Virus record (IMG/VR): IMGVR_UViG_3300014775_000737
Coordinates: 1-36,339 of that record
DNA: 36,339 nt
Direction: 5' to 3' (one strand)
DNA from: a virus
Taxonomy: Duplodnaviria; Caudoviricetes
Positions 16,889 through 27,720 of the stretch are shown here, one piece after another. Position numbers and translations under genes: made by a program. Within the stretch, counting starts at the first letter, position 1; each line of letters opens with the position of its first letter. The notes beneath the pieces were generated by a model. The model ran no database searches. It was not told the origin of the DNA and worked only from the letters and a program-made list of their open reading frames with translations.

Positions 16889-18086
16889 AGGTGTAGTAAC
16901 TGAGGATACCGATTTTACTCAAAGCTTTACAATATGGGCTACCGTCCCCGAGTTGGGTGAGGGTAGCAGGGCAGTAACCTATGTAAGTCCTTTCTCTAAT
17001 GTAGATGCTGGTATGGTAGCACTTCCCACTATAAACTCAGAGATATTAGTATATGAACTTGATGGTGGACTTGATAAGGGACTCTATTATGCCGGAAGTA
17101 TTGTAGGGGAGACTACCTTTTTAGATGTAGATTCCTCTAAGGTTGATCCATCCGATCCTACCAAGGCACAGGGTTCATCCCAAGAGGGAGAAATTGATTA
17201 TACTACTCTGGGCAGGACCAACAAGAGCCCTATGAATGTACCTCCTCAAGCAGAGTTAGGGGTTGATGGTAAGAGATTTACTAATGAAAAAATAGTATTA
17301 GAGGATAATGGTGGAAATGCAATAATTTTATCTAACCAATCAGAACCCACCCCAGGGTCAGGATTTCAAAACACATACACAAAACTTAGAAGTGGTAAGG
17401 GCAAGCAAATAACTCTAAATGATAGCCCCAAGCAAAGCTCCATTAGATTTGAGGTAGACTCATCAGATGATAAGAAGAACTATTTCTATTTTGCTGGTAA
17501 GCAGCCAGAGGACGATCTATCTACTACTATGAGTGAAGGGGAGATGAAGTTAGAAACTCAAGGCCCTGTAAACTTTATTACTAAAAAGTCTAATGTGGAA
17601 GTAAGAGTAGTAGATGGTAGAAACATAGATATAAAAAATACCGCTACAGGAACAATGTCTTCTGAATCTTCTGGTCGTAGATTAGTTGGTGTGGGTGGGG
17701 GAGATCCTTATCCTATTTTACCTGATGGGGAAGAGGTCGAGGGAGCAAATTCAGACCTTCCCTACCCCTCAGACTATGGATTAGGCCAGTCCCACATAGA
17801 TGAGAACCCCCCAGGACTAGGAGGCAATCCCTTAGATAAAGGTTATGAAGATTGGGGATGCGTTAATATAACTTCAGAGTATAATAATATAAACCTTGAG
17901 GCTTTTGGTGATGATTCTGTTATTCATATCAATGCCCCTGGAGAAAATACTAAAATAGTGGTAACTACTGCTGGAACAGTAGATATATTAGCGAAACAAA
18001 AAATCAGCCTAACCAGCGATGAAAAGATAGAGCTAAATGCTCCCTATGTGGACATTAACAGTACCGAGAGAGTGGATATAGACTAA
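16875..18086 (+). CDS. Central baseplate spike (gp5/gpV/VgrG C-terminal-like)
   Basis: N-terminal OB-fold signature (VTYVSPF...GMVALPTINSEILV...YYAGSI) and C-terminal beta-helix repeats (VDILAKQKISLTSDEKIELNAPYVDIN). The start is uncertain: 16866, GTG 16875 after AAGGA, or 16881. Confidence 0.75.
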   Translation: MKMYKGVVTEDTDFTQSFTIWATVPELGEGSRAVTYVSPFSNVDAGMVALPTINSEILVYELDGGLDKGLYYAGSIVGETTFLDVDSSKVDPSDPTKAQGSSQEGEIDYTTLGRTNKSPMNVPPQAELGVDGKRFTNEKIVLEDNGGNAIILSNQSEPTPGSGFQNTYTKLRSGKGKQITLNDSPKQSSIRFEVDSSDDKKNYFYFAGKQPEDDLSTTMSEGEMKLETQGPVNFITKKSNVEVRVVDGRNIDIKNTATGTMSSESSGRRLVGVGGGDPYPILPDGEEVEGANSDLPYPSDYGLGQSHIDENPPGLGGNPLDKGYEDWGCVNITSEYNNINLEAFGDDSVIHINAPGENTKIVVTTAGTVDILAKQKISLTSDEKIELNAPYVDINSTERVDID

Positions 18087-21000
18087 TGAGTTTTGATCGG
18101 CAGCAAGCAGACTTTATATTCAATTCTTTAAATAACAGACAACCTGCCCAGGACATAATGGAGACGCAGTTTGGTGTCCCTAGATGTGCTGTGGATTTAG
18201 CTACTGAGGTATTAGATCTTCTTCCTGGGAAGCCTCTTACATATATTAATAAGCAGCTTCAAGCAGGAAAAAGAGCCGCTCAGGAGAAGATCAAGGAAAT
18301 TAAGAGAGAGATTTACCTTGAGTTAGGCATTATAGAAGTTCAAACTGAGGCAGGAAACATCTCACTTCAGTCTGAGTTCTCTGATTCAACATTAGGGGCA
18401 GGGGTTCTTGATTTTGTGAACGGAATTGCTGGTATCGCTGCTATTGCTGGGGAAGTTTGGGGGATCGCCTCTGGTATCATCGACAAGGTTGAGCAGGTTA
18501 TTGATTGTTTAGATCAACTTGGAACCAATGAATCCCTCAAAGTACCAGGAAGTAAGCTCGCAAAGGACTATGCTTCTTTCGCAGGGTATTGTAAGATAGA
18601 TGGCAGTAGAACTAACGAGTTTATAACAGAAGAGGGTTGTGTTGGAGCAGGAGGAACCTGGGTTCCAGGTGTAGACAAGGACGCTTTAGAGCAATATGAC
18701 GTAGATTTTGAGACTAAGTACGCTCCTGCCAAAGCAGAGATAGTAAATGCCTTGAGGTATATTGGAGAGGTTCAGAACCAACAGAACAATATTAACCGAA
18801 TTCTTACGAATAGGCAGAATGACCCCAAAAACTACCCAGAGCCTTGCTATGACGGAAGTCTCTTCATTCCTTCTTCCCAGAAGACAGTAGCAGAACTTCT
18901 CGAAGGAACAGACTTTTGTGTCGTATTACCTTCTGATGAAGGTTTTTGCTCACTTGGCAGAAAATATACAGACAAACAGAGTTGTGAGTTGGCAGGGGGA
19001 GTATGGACTGATAAGGGAGAATTAGACCTTCCTCAGACTGAATTCTCTGTAAAGCCTGAAAGGCTTGATCCTCCTGTATCTTTAGCAGGAAAGTTCATTC
19101 TCACTGAGACGGGTATTTATTATGATACCGCAGGAGGAGGACTAACTCTACCAGAAAACCTCGAAGATCTTGTACATTGTAGTGCAGTAGTCCCAGATGC
19201 CGCACTCAAGTATATGTTCAAATATAACCCTAACTGTGGAGGAAGAGGGGAGACGGTAAGTATTAGAGAGTTCAACGACTGGGCTAATACTATCTTCGAT
19301 ATTGAGAGTGATACGGCATCCTTGGAAGAAGACTCCGAGATGCAGAACTACTTCAAAAAGGACACTTTCCTCCAGCAGATCATAGGAGAGATGAATAGGC
19401 ATGTTTATGATCTTTCCTCTCATGTAGTAGATCTTCTTGGTGATGGTTATGCTGACGACTCTGCATTAGTAATAAACCAGAGGCAGTCAATACAGGCTGC
19501 ATTAGCAAACTACCAAAATAAGGTACTTCGCCGCAAGAAGCAGATTCAGATTGCTGCATTCTTTGGAGACTTCGAGCCGGGTAAAGTTCCAGTAAACGAC
19601 TTCTCCTTCCTAACAGAAAATAATGTATCTGTTTCTATAGATAAGCAGAGTCCCCTGATGTTCAACCCAGGTGAGGTATCAAGCGTAGTTCTACCTATTG
19701 ATACTAAGTTTGGGATAAACAAGGACATGAAGCTAGATAGCATTTACATTGATCACTTGGTAGTTCCCTCAATAGGTAAAGGATCTATTATAACAAACGC
19801 AAGTGCCGTGGATGCCTCTACTGCTCCCACAGCATCACTAACAGACAATATAACGAAGGAAGACCTTATTGCTTGTTATAACTTCCTTGAAGGTGATTTT
19901 GAGTCTGCTCCTGATTCTTCTGTATTTAACATAGTAAACACTTCAGATGACCAAACAGCACGTTTCGACGCACAACTGGTTGCAAGCTCATTTGATTCAG
20001 TTTTCCCTTCAGGTGTAGGTATCCCTTATTTCCGAGGAATATGCTCATTCTTCTCAGGAGCTTGGGGAAGTTCAAAAGCGGACGACTACGCCGAATATGC
20101 TACAAGTGCCCAACTTCTACAATCTCCTCGCGCTCCCCTAAGTTATGTAAAACTCCCATCAAGGACTGATGATTTTGATAGTCTCATGTATAGGAACTCT
20201 GGGTTTAGTATAGACTTCTGGGTCCATTCCGATACTATTGATCAAACAGGCACAGATGGTTGGGATGAAACTGTAGGTGCTTCTTCCCTTCACCGAGTAG
20301 TTTTGGGGAACGAGAACCGAGGTGGTGATAACCAAGTAACTGATGTAGAGAGGTTTGTATTCAAGAGAGACCTAAACTCCGTTGCTGGTGTTCTTGTTGG
20401 TTTTACAAGAGATAGAAGGTTCACTAAAAACCTACCCCCATCTAACTTACTGACCGATAACCCTATTGATGATGATCTAAAGTTTTATTTAGCACCTACG
20501 GTATCAGTTAACACAAGTTCTATTGAGTTTATCCCAGCAAACAGCTTGAACTGCTTCGGAGACTCCAGTGACCCCCAAAGGTATTTGGGAATTGTCGCAG
20601 ACTTGAGTGCAACTACTGCTAGTAATTATAAATTAGGAGATGTGTCCTCATCCTTTATGCACGTTTCTATCACCGCAGATCCAAACGAAGATGATAGAGA
20701 AGGTAGAGTAACTATTTTTGTTAATGGTGAAGAATTAAAGCAACAAAACTTTACTGATACCTTTGGAGATACGAGAGCGCCTCAACTTCCAAGTCCTGTA
20801 GATAGTAGTAGTTTCAGCTACAATAATATCTTTAGTGATGTTCTTGCTCCTACTGCTCCTTCTTTTATTCCTTCGGCAATAGGTCAGTCTGATTTCTGGC
20901 ATTGGGATGGACCCGGTGCTGGTGGATTAACTCCCTGGATTATTGGTGGTGGTTATAGTGATGGTATGACCTCCAGAGAGTTTGGTATAGATTACGATGA

Positions 21001-21163
21001 TGATCAAGGTATGAACTTCCTTGGCGGTAAGAATGGAGGACTACGAAGTGGTCTAAATGGGCACTTAGGTAGTTTCAAACTATATAAGAGGGCGCTTACT
21101 TCGGCAGAAGTGCTCAAAAACTATAATGCTCAAAAAGGATTCTTTGAGAACATAGACGTATAA
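18086..21163 (+). CDS. Virion protein with helical N-terminus, two Cys repeats and C-terminal LamG/concanavalin-A-like domain, 1025 aa
   Basis: FSIDFWV...FMHVSIT...VTIFVNGE...LNGHLGSFKLYKRALTSAEVLKNYNA. Confidence 0.75.
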   Translation: MSFDRQQADFIFNSLNNRQPAQDIMETQFGVPRCAVDLATEVLDLLPGKPLTYINKQLQAGKRAAQEKIKEIKREIYLELGIIEVQTEAGNISLQSEFSDSTLGAGVLDFVNGIAGIAAIAGEVWGIASGIIDKVEQVIDCLDQLGTNESLKVPGSKLAKDYASFAGYCKIDGSRTNEFITEEGCVGAGGTWVPGVDKDALEQYDVDFETKYAPAKAEIVNALRYIGEVQNQQNNINRILTNRQNDPKNYPEPCYDGSLFIPSSQKTVAELLEGTDFCVVLPSDEGFCSLGRKYTDKQSCELAGGVWTDKGELDLPQTEFSVKPERLDPPVSLAGKFILTETGIYYDTAGGGLTLPENLEDLVHCSAVVPDAALKYMFKYNPNCGGRGETVSIREFNDWANTIFDIESDTASLEEDSEMQNYFKKDTFLQQIIGEMNRHVYDLSSHVVDLLGDGYADDSALVINQRQSIQAALANYQNKVLRRKKQIQIAAFFGDFEPGKVPVNDFSFLTENNVSVSIDKQSPLMFNPGEVSSVVLPIDTKFGINKDMKLDSIYIDHLVVPSIGKGSIITNASAVDASTAPTASLTDNITKEDLIACYNFLEGDFESAPDSSVFNIVNTSDDQTARFDAQLVASSFDSVFPSGVGIPYFRGICSFFSGAWGSSKADDYAEYATSAQLLQSPRAPLSYVKLPSRTDDFDSLMYRNSGFSIDFWVHSDTIDQTGTDGWDETVGASSLHRVVLGNENRGGDNQVTDVERFVFKRDLNSVAGVLVGFTRDRRFTKNLPPSNLLTDNPIDDDLKFYLAPTVSVNTSSIEFIPANSLNCFGDSSDPQRYLGIVADLSATTASNYKLGDVSSSFMHVSITADPNEDDREGRVTIFVNGEELKQQNFTDTFGDTRAPQLPSPVDSSSFSYNNIFSDVLAPTAPSFIPSAIGQSDFWHWDGPGAGGLTPWIIGGGYSDGMTSREFGIDYDDDQGMNFLGGKNGGLRSGLNGHLGSFKLYKRALTSAEVLKNYNAQKGFFENIDV

Positions 21164-21657
21164 TGGCAAATATAACAGATACAAGCTCCTACGGGTTTCT
21201 AACCAACGTAGCAAACACTAATAAAACCCTATCTAAGCGCAAGATAATCAAGGGAATGTCTTATCCCTTGGCAAAAAGTCGCACCAAAAGAGTTTTAGGT
21301 GATGTTCAGGATGTTCAGCAGGTTGATTACTTCGCAAGAAGTACAGATGAAGAGCTTGTTAGGGGTATGATGCGCCAATTATTCCTTACTAAAAGGAATG
21401 AGAGGGTGATGAGACCTGATTTTGGGTTAGATTTGCGTAAATATGTCTTTGAGCAGTTAGATATTACAACTTATGAGATTGTAAAGACAGAAATATACAA
21501 TACTATTACGAAATATGCTCCTTTCTTGGAGGTTATAAGCATTTCCATCTTCAAATCACATCCAAGTGTAGCTGAGAATGGACTTATTATTCGTTTAGTA
21601 GTAAAGATACGGGATATAAACGATCTGGACCCCTTTGAAGTGGAGCTTAACGTATAA
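21163..21657 (+). CDS. Baseplate wedge / sheath initiator, T4 gp25-like
   Basis: QLFLTKRNERVMRPDFGLDLRKYVFEQLD...EIYNTITKYAP. Confidence 0.92.
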   Translation: MANITDTSSYGFLTNVANTNKTLSKRKIIKGMSYPLAKSRTKRVLGDVQDVQQVDYFARSTDEELVRGMMRQLFLTKRNERVMRPDFGLDLRKYVFEQLDITTYEIVKTEIYNTITKYAPFLEVISISIFKSHPSVAENGLIIRLVVKIRDINDLDPFEVELNV

Positions 21658-23231
21658 TGACCTTCTCAGGAACACTTGATTCGGACTTTCTAAAGTTATC
21701 GAACATAAAACAGGATAGGAAAGCGGACTTTATTAACTTCGCTGCCGCAGACTTCGATACACTGAAAGATTCGATGCTTGATTATGTAAAAGCAGTATAC
21801 CCAGAAGACTTCAATAACTTTTATGAATCTGATCTGGGCATTATGCTTGTGGAATTGGTTGCTTACATGGGAGCCGTGATGTCTTACAAGGGAGATGCTT
21901 TAGCAAACGAGAACACTCTCCCAACAGTAAAGACTCGTACTAACATGGCTAAACTGTTAGAGCTTATTGGAGTTAGGTTGAAGGGTCCGTCCAGTGCATC
22001 GGCTAAGGGCCGACTAACTTGGAATGATACAGGGACCGCTTCTTATCCTCAAACCTTTACTGGCGCTAACAGATCAATAACAGTCGCTTCCCCAGAAGAC
22101 GGAGCCCCTGTTAGTTATACTATTTACAAAACTGATGCTAACGGAGTATTAGAGAATATAGATGATACTAACGACTCCTTTAGTGTAACTGCTGCCGCCG
22201 AAGTAACAGATAATATCGCTCTTGTGGAGGGTGCCTATCAAGTAAACCGAGGTAACTTCGGAAGAGAGAATATAAAAACTATAACTCTAACCAACACTCC
22301 CGTAATAGAGAAAAGTATTAGAGTCTTTGTAGACTCTACCGATCCTAACGATACAAATGCAACAGGGACTTATTTGGAAGTAAATAAACTTTTCTCTGCT
22401 TCTGGAGCAAATGATAGAGTATTTGAGGTAAGCTACAATGGTGATGGTCAAGCTACCATTATTTTCGGTGATGGTGCCATTTCTCAAAATCCCCCACATA
22501 ATGGAACTTTTACGGTTACTTATAGAGTCGGAGGAGGCACGAGAGGAAACTTAGTGAAGGATGCCATTAATGCTATCCTTACAGATGATGCAGGTAATAG
22601 TTGGAGAGTAGAGAATACTACTGTAATGACTGGAGGAACCAACTCCGAGACCTTAGAACATGCTAGGAAATATGCCCCATATACTTTCAAGTCTCAAGAC
22701 AGGTTAGTAACTTTGGATGATTATGTTGCTCTTGGAAACTCTTTCATTAGTAGCCAGGGGACCAAAGGTAAAGTTACCGCTGCAACCAGGGATGCATATT
22801 CTTCCGCTAATATAATTGATGTTTATGTATTAGAGAATGCTACAGATCTACAGCTTCAGAAAGCATCTCCTACTTTTAAGTCTGATCTTCTAACGGAGAT
22901 AGATGGTAAAAAGATGTTAACAGATCATGTAGTTGTAAGTGATGGTTTAGCTAGAACACTGGACCTTACATTAAACATTCGCGTAGACCGAGAGAGGAAG
23001 AAGCAAGAGGCAGAAATCAAAAGATTAGTTGCTGCTGAAGTAATAGACTTCTTCGATATAGATAAGAGGGAGTTTGGTGATAGCTTCGTTAAGGTAGAGT
23101 TGGAAAGAAAACTCTTCCAGCTTGCTCCTGTGAGGTTTGCTACAATAGATAATATACCCGATGAGGTAAAAGTTGATTTTAATGAAGTAATTCAGTTAAA
23201 CAACTTTAGCGTAGATATTACATACCTGTAA
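21657..23231 (+). CDS. Baseplate wedge subunit, T4 gp6 / baseplate-J-like
   Basis: DFDTLKDSMLDYVKAVYP.DFNNF.ESDLGIMLVELVAY, IIFGDG, VTYRVGGG..GN, GGTNSET, QDRLVTLDDY. Confidence 0.92.
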   Translation: MTFSGTLDSDFLKLSNIKQDRKADFINFAAADFDTLKDSMLDYVKAVYPEDFNNFYESDLGIMLVELVAYMGAVMSYKGDALANENTLPTVKTRTNMAKLLELIGVRLKGPSSASAKGRLTWNDTGTASYPQTFTGANRSITVASPEDGAPVSYTIYKTDANGVLENIDDTNDSFSVTAAAEVTDNIALVEGAYQVNRGNFGRENIKTITLTNTPVIEKSIRVFVDSTDPNDTNATGTYLEVNKLFSASGANDRVFEVSYNGDGQATIIFGDGAISQNPPHNGTFTVTYRVGGGTRGNLVKDAINAILTDDAGNSWRVENTTVMTGGTNSETLEHARKYAPYTFKSQDRLVTLDDYVALGNSFISSQGTKGKVTAATRDAYSSANIIDVYVLENATDLQLQKASPTFKSDLLTEIDGKKMLTDHVVVSDGLARTLDLTLNIRVDRERKKQEAEIKRLVAAEVIDFFDIDKREFGDSFVKVELERKLFQLAPVRFATIDNIPDEVKVDFNEVIQLNNFSVDITYL

Positions 23232-23232
23232 G

Positions 23233-26200
23233 ATGCCAAAAAGAATAAACATAGATCCGGTAACGAAGGCCAAGACCGAGATCCGTAGAACTCCCCAACC
23301 AAGGGATTCTGTACGGAGACAGGGTAAGGATCTAACATACACTAAGAGGAACTATGTAAAGGCTCTGGAGATTATCACCCCAGATATCTATGTGGATGAT
23401 GATATTGCTCTTAGTGGAACTAAGATCTCTGAAGTAGATGAACTTATTAACTCTCACATTCTAGCAGCCAATACAACTGCTGTTCTTGATGTGTCTTCTC
23501 TTACAGATGTAAGCTACCTAAGTTCTATAGATAGCATTACAGGTATTAGTCAGTTCTTTATTAGAAATAATAATCTTACGTTCATAACCCCTGAGTTATT
23601 TGAGCGTCGGATTATGGTCCCATTGTCTGCTGCTTACTCCGATTTCGATGGTAGCGCACAGTTCATAGACTGGGTATCAGGGACATTACTGCCTTCAACG
23701 ACCTGTATAAACGCAGCAAACGCTGGTGATGCTGCCGTAAACTCAAATAATGCGTTCGATAATACCTCTTCAGGAACCCATAAATACTTAATTGATAACC
23801 TTTCCTGGTTCTACTTACTTAACCGCCCCGATCAGGCTGGCGTAAATTCCGGCTGGAGCACATCGGGCGAGATTTCCAAAGTTTTAACTAAGACCTTATG
23901 GGAGGGAATCAGCCTTGGACTTGAGGATGCTATGTCTCTGTTCCAAGGTTATATGTGGAACAACTACCCTACCTTCTCTTCCACAGACGAAAGGTTTATC
24001 CCAACAGACTACCGATCATCTGGTGCAGGGGAATTCGTATCGGGCACCCAGATGCAGGAGAGGCTTCAGACTCTTGCTAAGGTGGTCTACTCTGACCAGA
24101 GCATGTCTCTTACCGATAAGAGAGTGTCACAGGCGTTTGACGACTTCATTAGTGCTTCGGCACTCATAGAGGACGAGGAGAGCGCAGGGCCTTTCTGGAG
24201 GTTCTTAAAAGCGATGGGGTTCTTTGTCGCTGACCGCCAGAACGAGATGAACGAGATCGAGACTCTTCTCGATATAGACTCCTGCCCTGATGAATACTTG
24301 GACAACTTAGCAGACTTGATAGGTCTAAAACTTTTTGGTCCCGATGCCACAAGAAGAAGGAACCAACTTCGACAGGCAATGTCTGTATACAAGGCAGCAG
24401 GAACTAAGAAGTCTATTCAGTATGTCATAGATTCTGTTTTTGGAACATCCTCTTTTGATGTAACAGGTAACCAGTTATATGGTCTATGGGAATCCTATAT
24501 CCCTAACCTGATCTACTATGCTATAGCAACTAGCTCTACTCTGACAGAGAAAGGCATAGAATCCTTCACTAAGGATGATGCTAATAGGCTTGGACTGGAC
24601 AAATATACCCCTAAAAACCTTGATAACAACATACGGTTATCGGTTGATAGGATTATGTGGGAGCTTGCTAATGAGTTCCCAGATCAATTTTTCTTCGCCG
24701 GGAAACCATTTCCAAGACCTAAGTTTTTATTAGAACGTGACCCCTCCATAACATATACTGGTCCCTGGAATAGAGACGAGGAAGGAAACTATTACTCTGG
24801 TGAGACGTTTAGAGAAACCGTATCAGAGAGACTAGTACCTACTCAAGATCCTAATTTCACATTCGAGTATAGAGGGAGGGTAATGCCTATTCCTCCCTTC
24901 GAGGATATTAAGTATTATAGAAACTGTCATGTCAACAGGGGATTGCTTGAAGCTATATCCTACAAGCTAACTTGCTTCGGTGTAGATGCCTCGTTTGTAG
25001 ATGATGTTATTGCTTACATAAAAGAGCATACCATAGAGAACGAGGATACAGATTTTTATAACAACGAGTTCTTATTCTTCACATCAACTGAGAAGGTTCC
25101 TTCCAACTACGGACAGATAGTAGATGTAGTTAGGAAAGACTCATACAACACCACCAAGTATCTCCCTCTTTGGAACAACAAATCTTCAAGATTTAAAATC
25201 TCTTTCAAGACAAGTTCCTTTGATTTCCTGTCAGATGAGTGGGAGGTAGGAACTAAGTTCCCCTTAGCTAACCTAAAGGAAGCTGTAAACTTTGTAGCAC
25301 CCGCGCACGCTATACCTGATATCAGTTTAGAGCTATCCTCAGTAGAGGATACTAACGTAGGGGTATCTTCATTTGGTGTTATAAATATTATCCACCCAGT
25401 GAGTTCGTACTACGACGGGTCAGCTAACTTTACTAGCAACTTCAATCAAAGTGCGGTTGATATGCGTCATGCAGATTTTACTTTTGCTGCTAACGCATTC
25501 AAAAGAGAAGACGTTGATAAGTTAGACGACGAGGTATGGGCAAACAATGATAATGATATATCTCACTATGCCGCCTACCCCAGAAACGACCTAAGAAGAA
25601 AGAACTTTGCCAAGATATTACAAGATGATATTTCTTTAAGAGAAGGATTTGGCGGTAATGCATTTGGTGTTTCCTCCTACCCAGGTCGCGCCGCCGATGC
25701 TTTGAAGAAAGTAAATCTAGCTACTATGGGCGCACATTATCTTGGGTATGATCCCAGTGCAGCAAAGTTCCAAAATGTAGCGTTGAGGCAAACTAACAGC
25801 GGGTTTAGTTGGTTAATAGATAACGTAAACATTAATGCCGTATGGGGGTCTTGTCAGAACCATAACTCTTCAGATAGTTTCTTTGGAGTAGATGCTTCTG
25901 ATTGCTATGGCATAAGAGGTTACTGGAGTAATGAAGCAGGAACTCCAAGTAGCAATGAGTACTTTAGGAGCCATAGAAGGGATACGCTTTCCGAGATGGA
26001 AGCCTTAATGCATAGGGTTGATGAAACCTCTAGGCTACACGAGGCGTCCTCTATTGTTTCAGGTTACTTCAACGAAGATGGAACCATAAATAGTTCTTGG
26101 CCTTCTACAGATAGTCGTATAACCCCAACAACCTTATCCTCTTGGTATGTAGATACCGCAGTAAATGTACCATTATCCATAGCAAACCAATTAAGTTTGG

Positions 26201-27720
26201 CTACCAGTTCTAATATAGACACTCACTATATGGAAGATATGGCATTTGGTAGGGACTTCCACTTACTCTATAGAGATTTCAGAAATCACTATGACCGACA
26301 CGCTCTAAATTTCCAGCCTTGGAAGACGGGTAACCCTAACTTTTTATCGCATACCTATGGTCCTTATATTTATAACTGTGAGTTTGATATCAAAGCATCA
26401 GGGACAGCTACAACCGCTCCTGAGTTGGTAGCATCCTCCTTACAGAGCAGCACAGTAATAGATATTAGTTATGGAAATAATGTAGGCGTTCTATCAGAGA
26501 ACAACTACTGGGGTATTACGGTGGACGCTATTACAGCGAGTGCGGATATGTACGTCCAATACCCAGAAGTAAGATGTGATGGTCTTCTTAGTGGTATAGA
26601 GTTCGTAGACACTTCTACAGACTTTGGTGCTATTACTCCTAACGCGCTATACACTCAACAAAACCCAGATGAGCAAGAGACCTTTGCCCTTATTGAACTA
26701 CCTAATACAAAGAAGCAGTTTGAGGGAGAGAACGTAGATATTTGGTCTTATAACCGAGTGTTAGAGGATAACCTAGTTATCAAGCATAGTAGAAAGAACA
26801 ACACCACCTTACCAAGACTTAGGTATAAGATAGAACCAGATTCAAGTAGACCAGACTTAAAGAACTTCTTTGTCCCTGACAGCAACTACACTCTAAGCAT
26901 AAAAGCTTTCAATGCTGATGAGAACATGAGAACTATTGGAGGGGACCAAATAGGAGTATGGGTACATACGGAACCAATAAGTTATACTTTCCGCCAAGCA
27001 GATGGAACCTATAAGACAGAGGAAAGTGTCTGGTCCTATGTTAATGGTCAATGGGTAAGAACTCCACTATCAGATATTACAGGATCTCAAGGTATCCCAA
27101 GAGTGGCTTCTCTGTCCCTAACAAATAGATTCCGCCAGTACCCAATAACTCAAGCAATAAATACTTCCGTAACTCAGACCAACACAATGGTCACTACTAA
27201 TGAAGTTATAACTCCGTATGAGGATCTCGATCCTCGCTTGGGTTGTATAGAGGATGCGGAATTCAATCCCAAGTTTGAAATTCTCAACGAGGTAGCTTTC
27301 GAGACCCTAACTTTTAATTTTGATACCTTCAATAAAAATGTCCCAGAGGATCTAACTAACAAGGTTCACACCAAGGACAGAAAGTATTATGTTGAAATCT
27401 ATCTAAGAGATACAAGATCTGAGAACTTTGTTGTATATGATAAAATATCCATAGTAAATGATACCTTCAAGGAAAAAGCATCTATTACTACCGACTATAA
27501 TAAATATATCCTCAATGCTAAGGAACTAAAGACATCATTCGATTTCTTTACTGGTTTAGCAGAGGGACCAATACAAGGTAGAGATGCGGTAACCACTTCA
27601 GGAGTTATGGATGTGAGTGGTGGTAGTAGAATAAGTTATAGAACTCCATTGTTTATGGAGCCTCTTACTACAAGTGATACTACCCATCAAAACTTTACCT
27701 ATATCTATCTGACAGACTAA
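23233..27720 (+). CDS. Large baseplate wedge protein with P2 gpI / T4 gp7-like domain, 1495 aa
   Basis: LLDIDSCPDEYLDNLADLIG...RRNQLRQAMSVYKAAGTKKSI and later FVAPAHAIP. Follows the gp6-like gene. Confidence 0.8.
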   Translation: MPKRINIDPVTKAKTEIRRTPQPRDSVRRQGKDLTYTKRNYVKALEIITPDIYVDDDIALSGTKISEVDELINSHILAANTTAVLDVSSLTDVSYLSSIDSITGISQFFIRNNNLTFITPELFERRIMVPLSAAYSDFDGSAQFIDWVSGTLLPSTTCINAANAGDAAVNSNNAFDNTSSGTHKYLIDNLSWFYLLNRPDQAGVNSGWSTSGEISKVLTKTLWEGISLGLEDAMSLFQGYMWNNYPTFSSTDERFIPTDYRSSGAGEFVSGTQMQERLQTLAKVVYSDQSMSLTDKRVSQAFDDFISASALIEDEESAGPFWRFLKAMGFFVADRQNEMNEIETLLDIDSCPDEYLDNLADLIGLKLFGPDATRRRNQLRQAMSVYKAAGTKKSIQYVIDSVFGTSSFDVTGNQLYGLWESYIPNLIYYAIATSSTLTEKGIESFTKDDANRLGLDKYTPKNLDNNIRLSVDRIMWELANEFPDQFFFAGKPFPRPKFLLERDPSITYTGPWNRDEEGNYYSGETFRETVSERLVPTQDPNFTFEYRGRVMPIPPFEDIKYYRNCHVNRGLLEAISYKLTCFGVDASFVDDVIAYIKEHTIENEDTDFYNNEFLFFTSTEKVPSNYGQIVDVVRKDSYNTTKYLPLWNNKSSRFKISFKTSSFDFLSDEWEVGTKFPLANLKEAVNFVAPAHAIPDISLELSSVEDTNVGVSSFGVINIIHPVSSYYDGSANFTSNFNQSAVDMRHADFTFAANAFKREDVDKLDDEVWANNDNDISHYAAYPRNDLRRKNFAKILQDDISLREGFGGNAFGVSSYPGRAADALKKVNLATMGAHYLGYDPSAAKFQNVALRQTNSGFSWLIDNVNINAVWGSCQNHNSSDSFFGVDASDCYGIRGYWSNEAGTPSSNEYFRSHRRDTLSEMEALMHRVDETSRLHEASSIVSGYFNEDGTINSSWPSTDSRITPTTLSSWYVDTAVNVPLSIANQLSLATSSNIDTHYMEDMAFGRDFHLLYRDFRNHYDRHALNFQPWKTGNPNFLSHTYGPYIYNCEFDIKASGTATTAPELVASSLQSSTVIDISYGNNVGVLSENNYWGITVDAITASADMYVQYPEVRCDGLLSGIEFVDTSTDFGAITPNALYTQQNPDEQETFALIELPNTKKQFEGENVDIWSYNRVLEDNLVIKHSRKNNTTLPRLRYKIEPDSSRPDLKNFFVPDSNYTLSIKAFNADENMRTIGGDQIGVWVHTEPISYTFRQADGTYKTEESVWSYVNGQWVRTPLSDITGSQGIPRVASLSLTNRFRQYPITQAINTSVTQTNTMVTTNEVITPYEDLDPRLGCIEDAEFNPKFEILNEVAFETLTFNFDTFNKNVPEDLTNKVHTKDRKYYVEIYLRDTRSENFVVYDKISIVNDTFKEKASITTDYNKYILNAKELKTSFDFFTGLAEGPIQGRDAVTTSGVMDVSGGSRISYRTPLFMEPLTTSDTTHQNFTYIYLTD

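Noticed and set aside
21301-21318. 9-bp tandem duplication GATGTTCAG x2
   Set aside because: In-frame micro-duplication (DVQDVQ) in a probably variable N-terminal region, with no sign of function.
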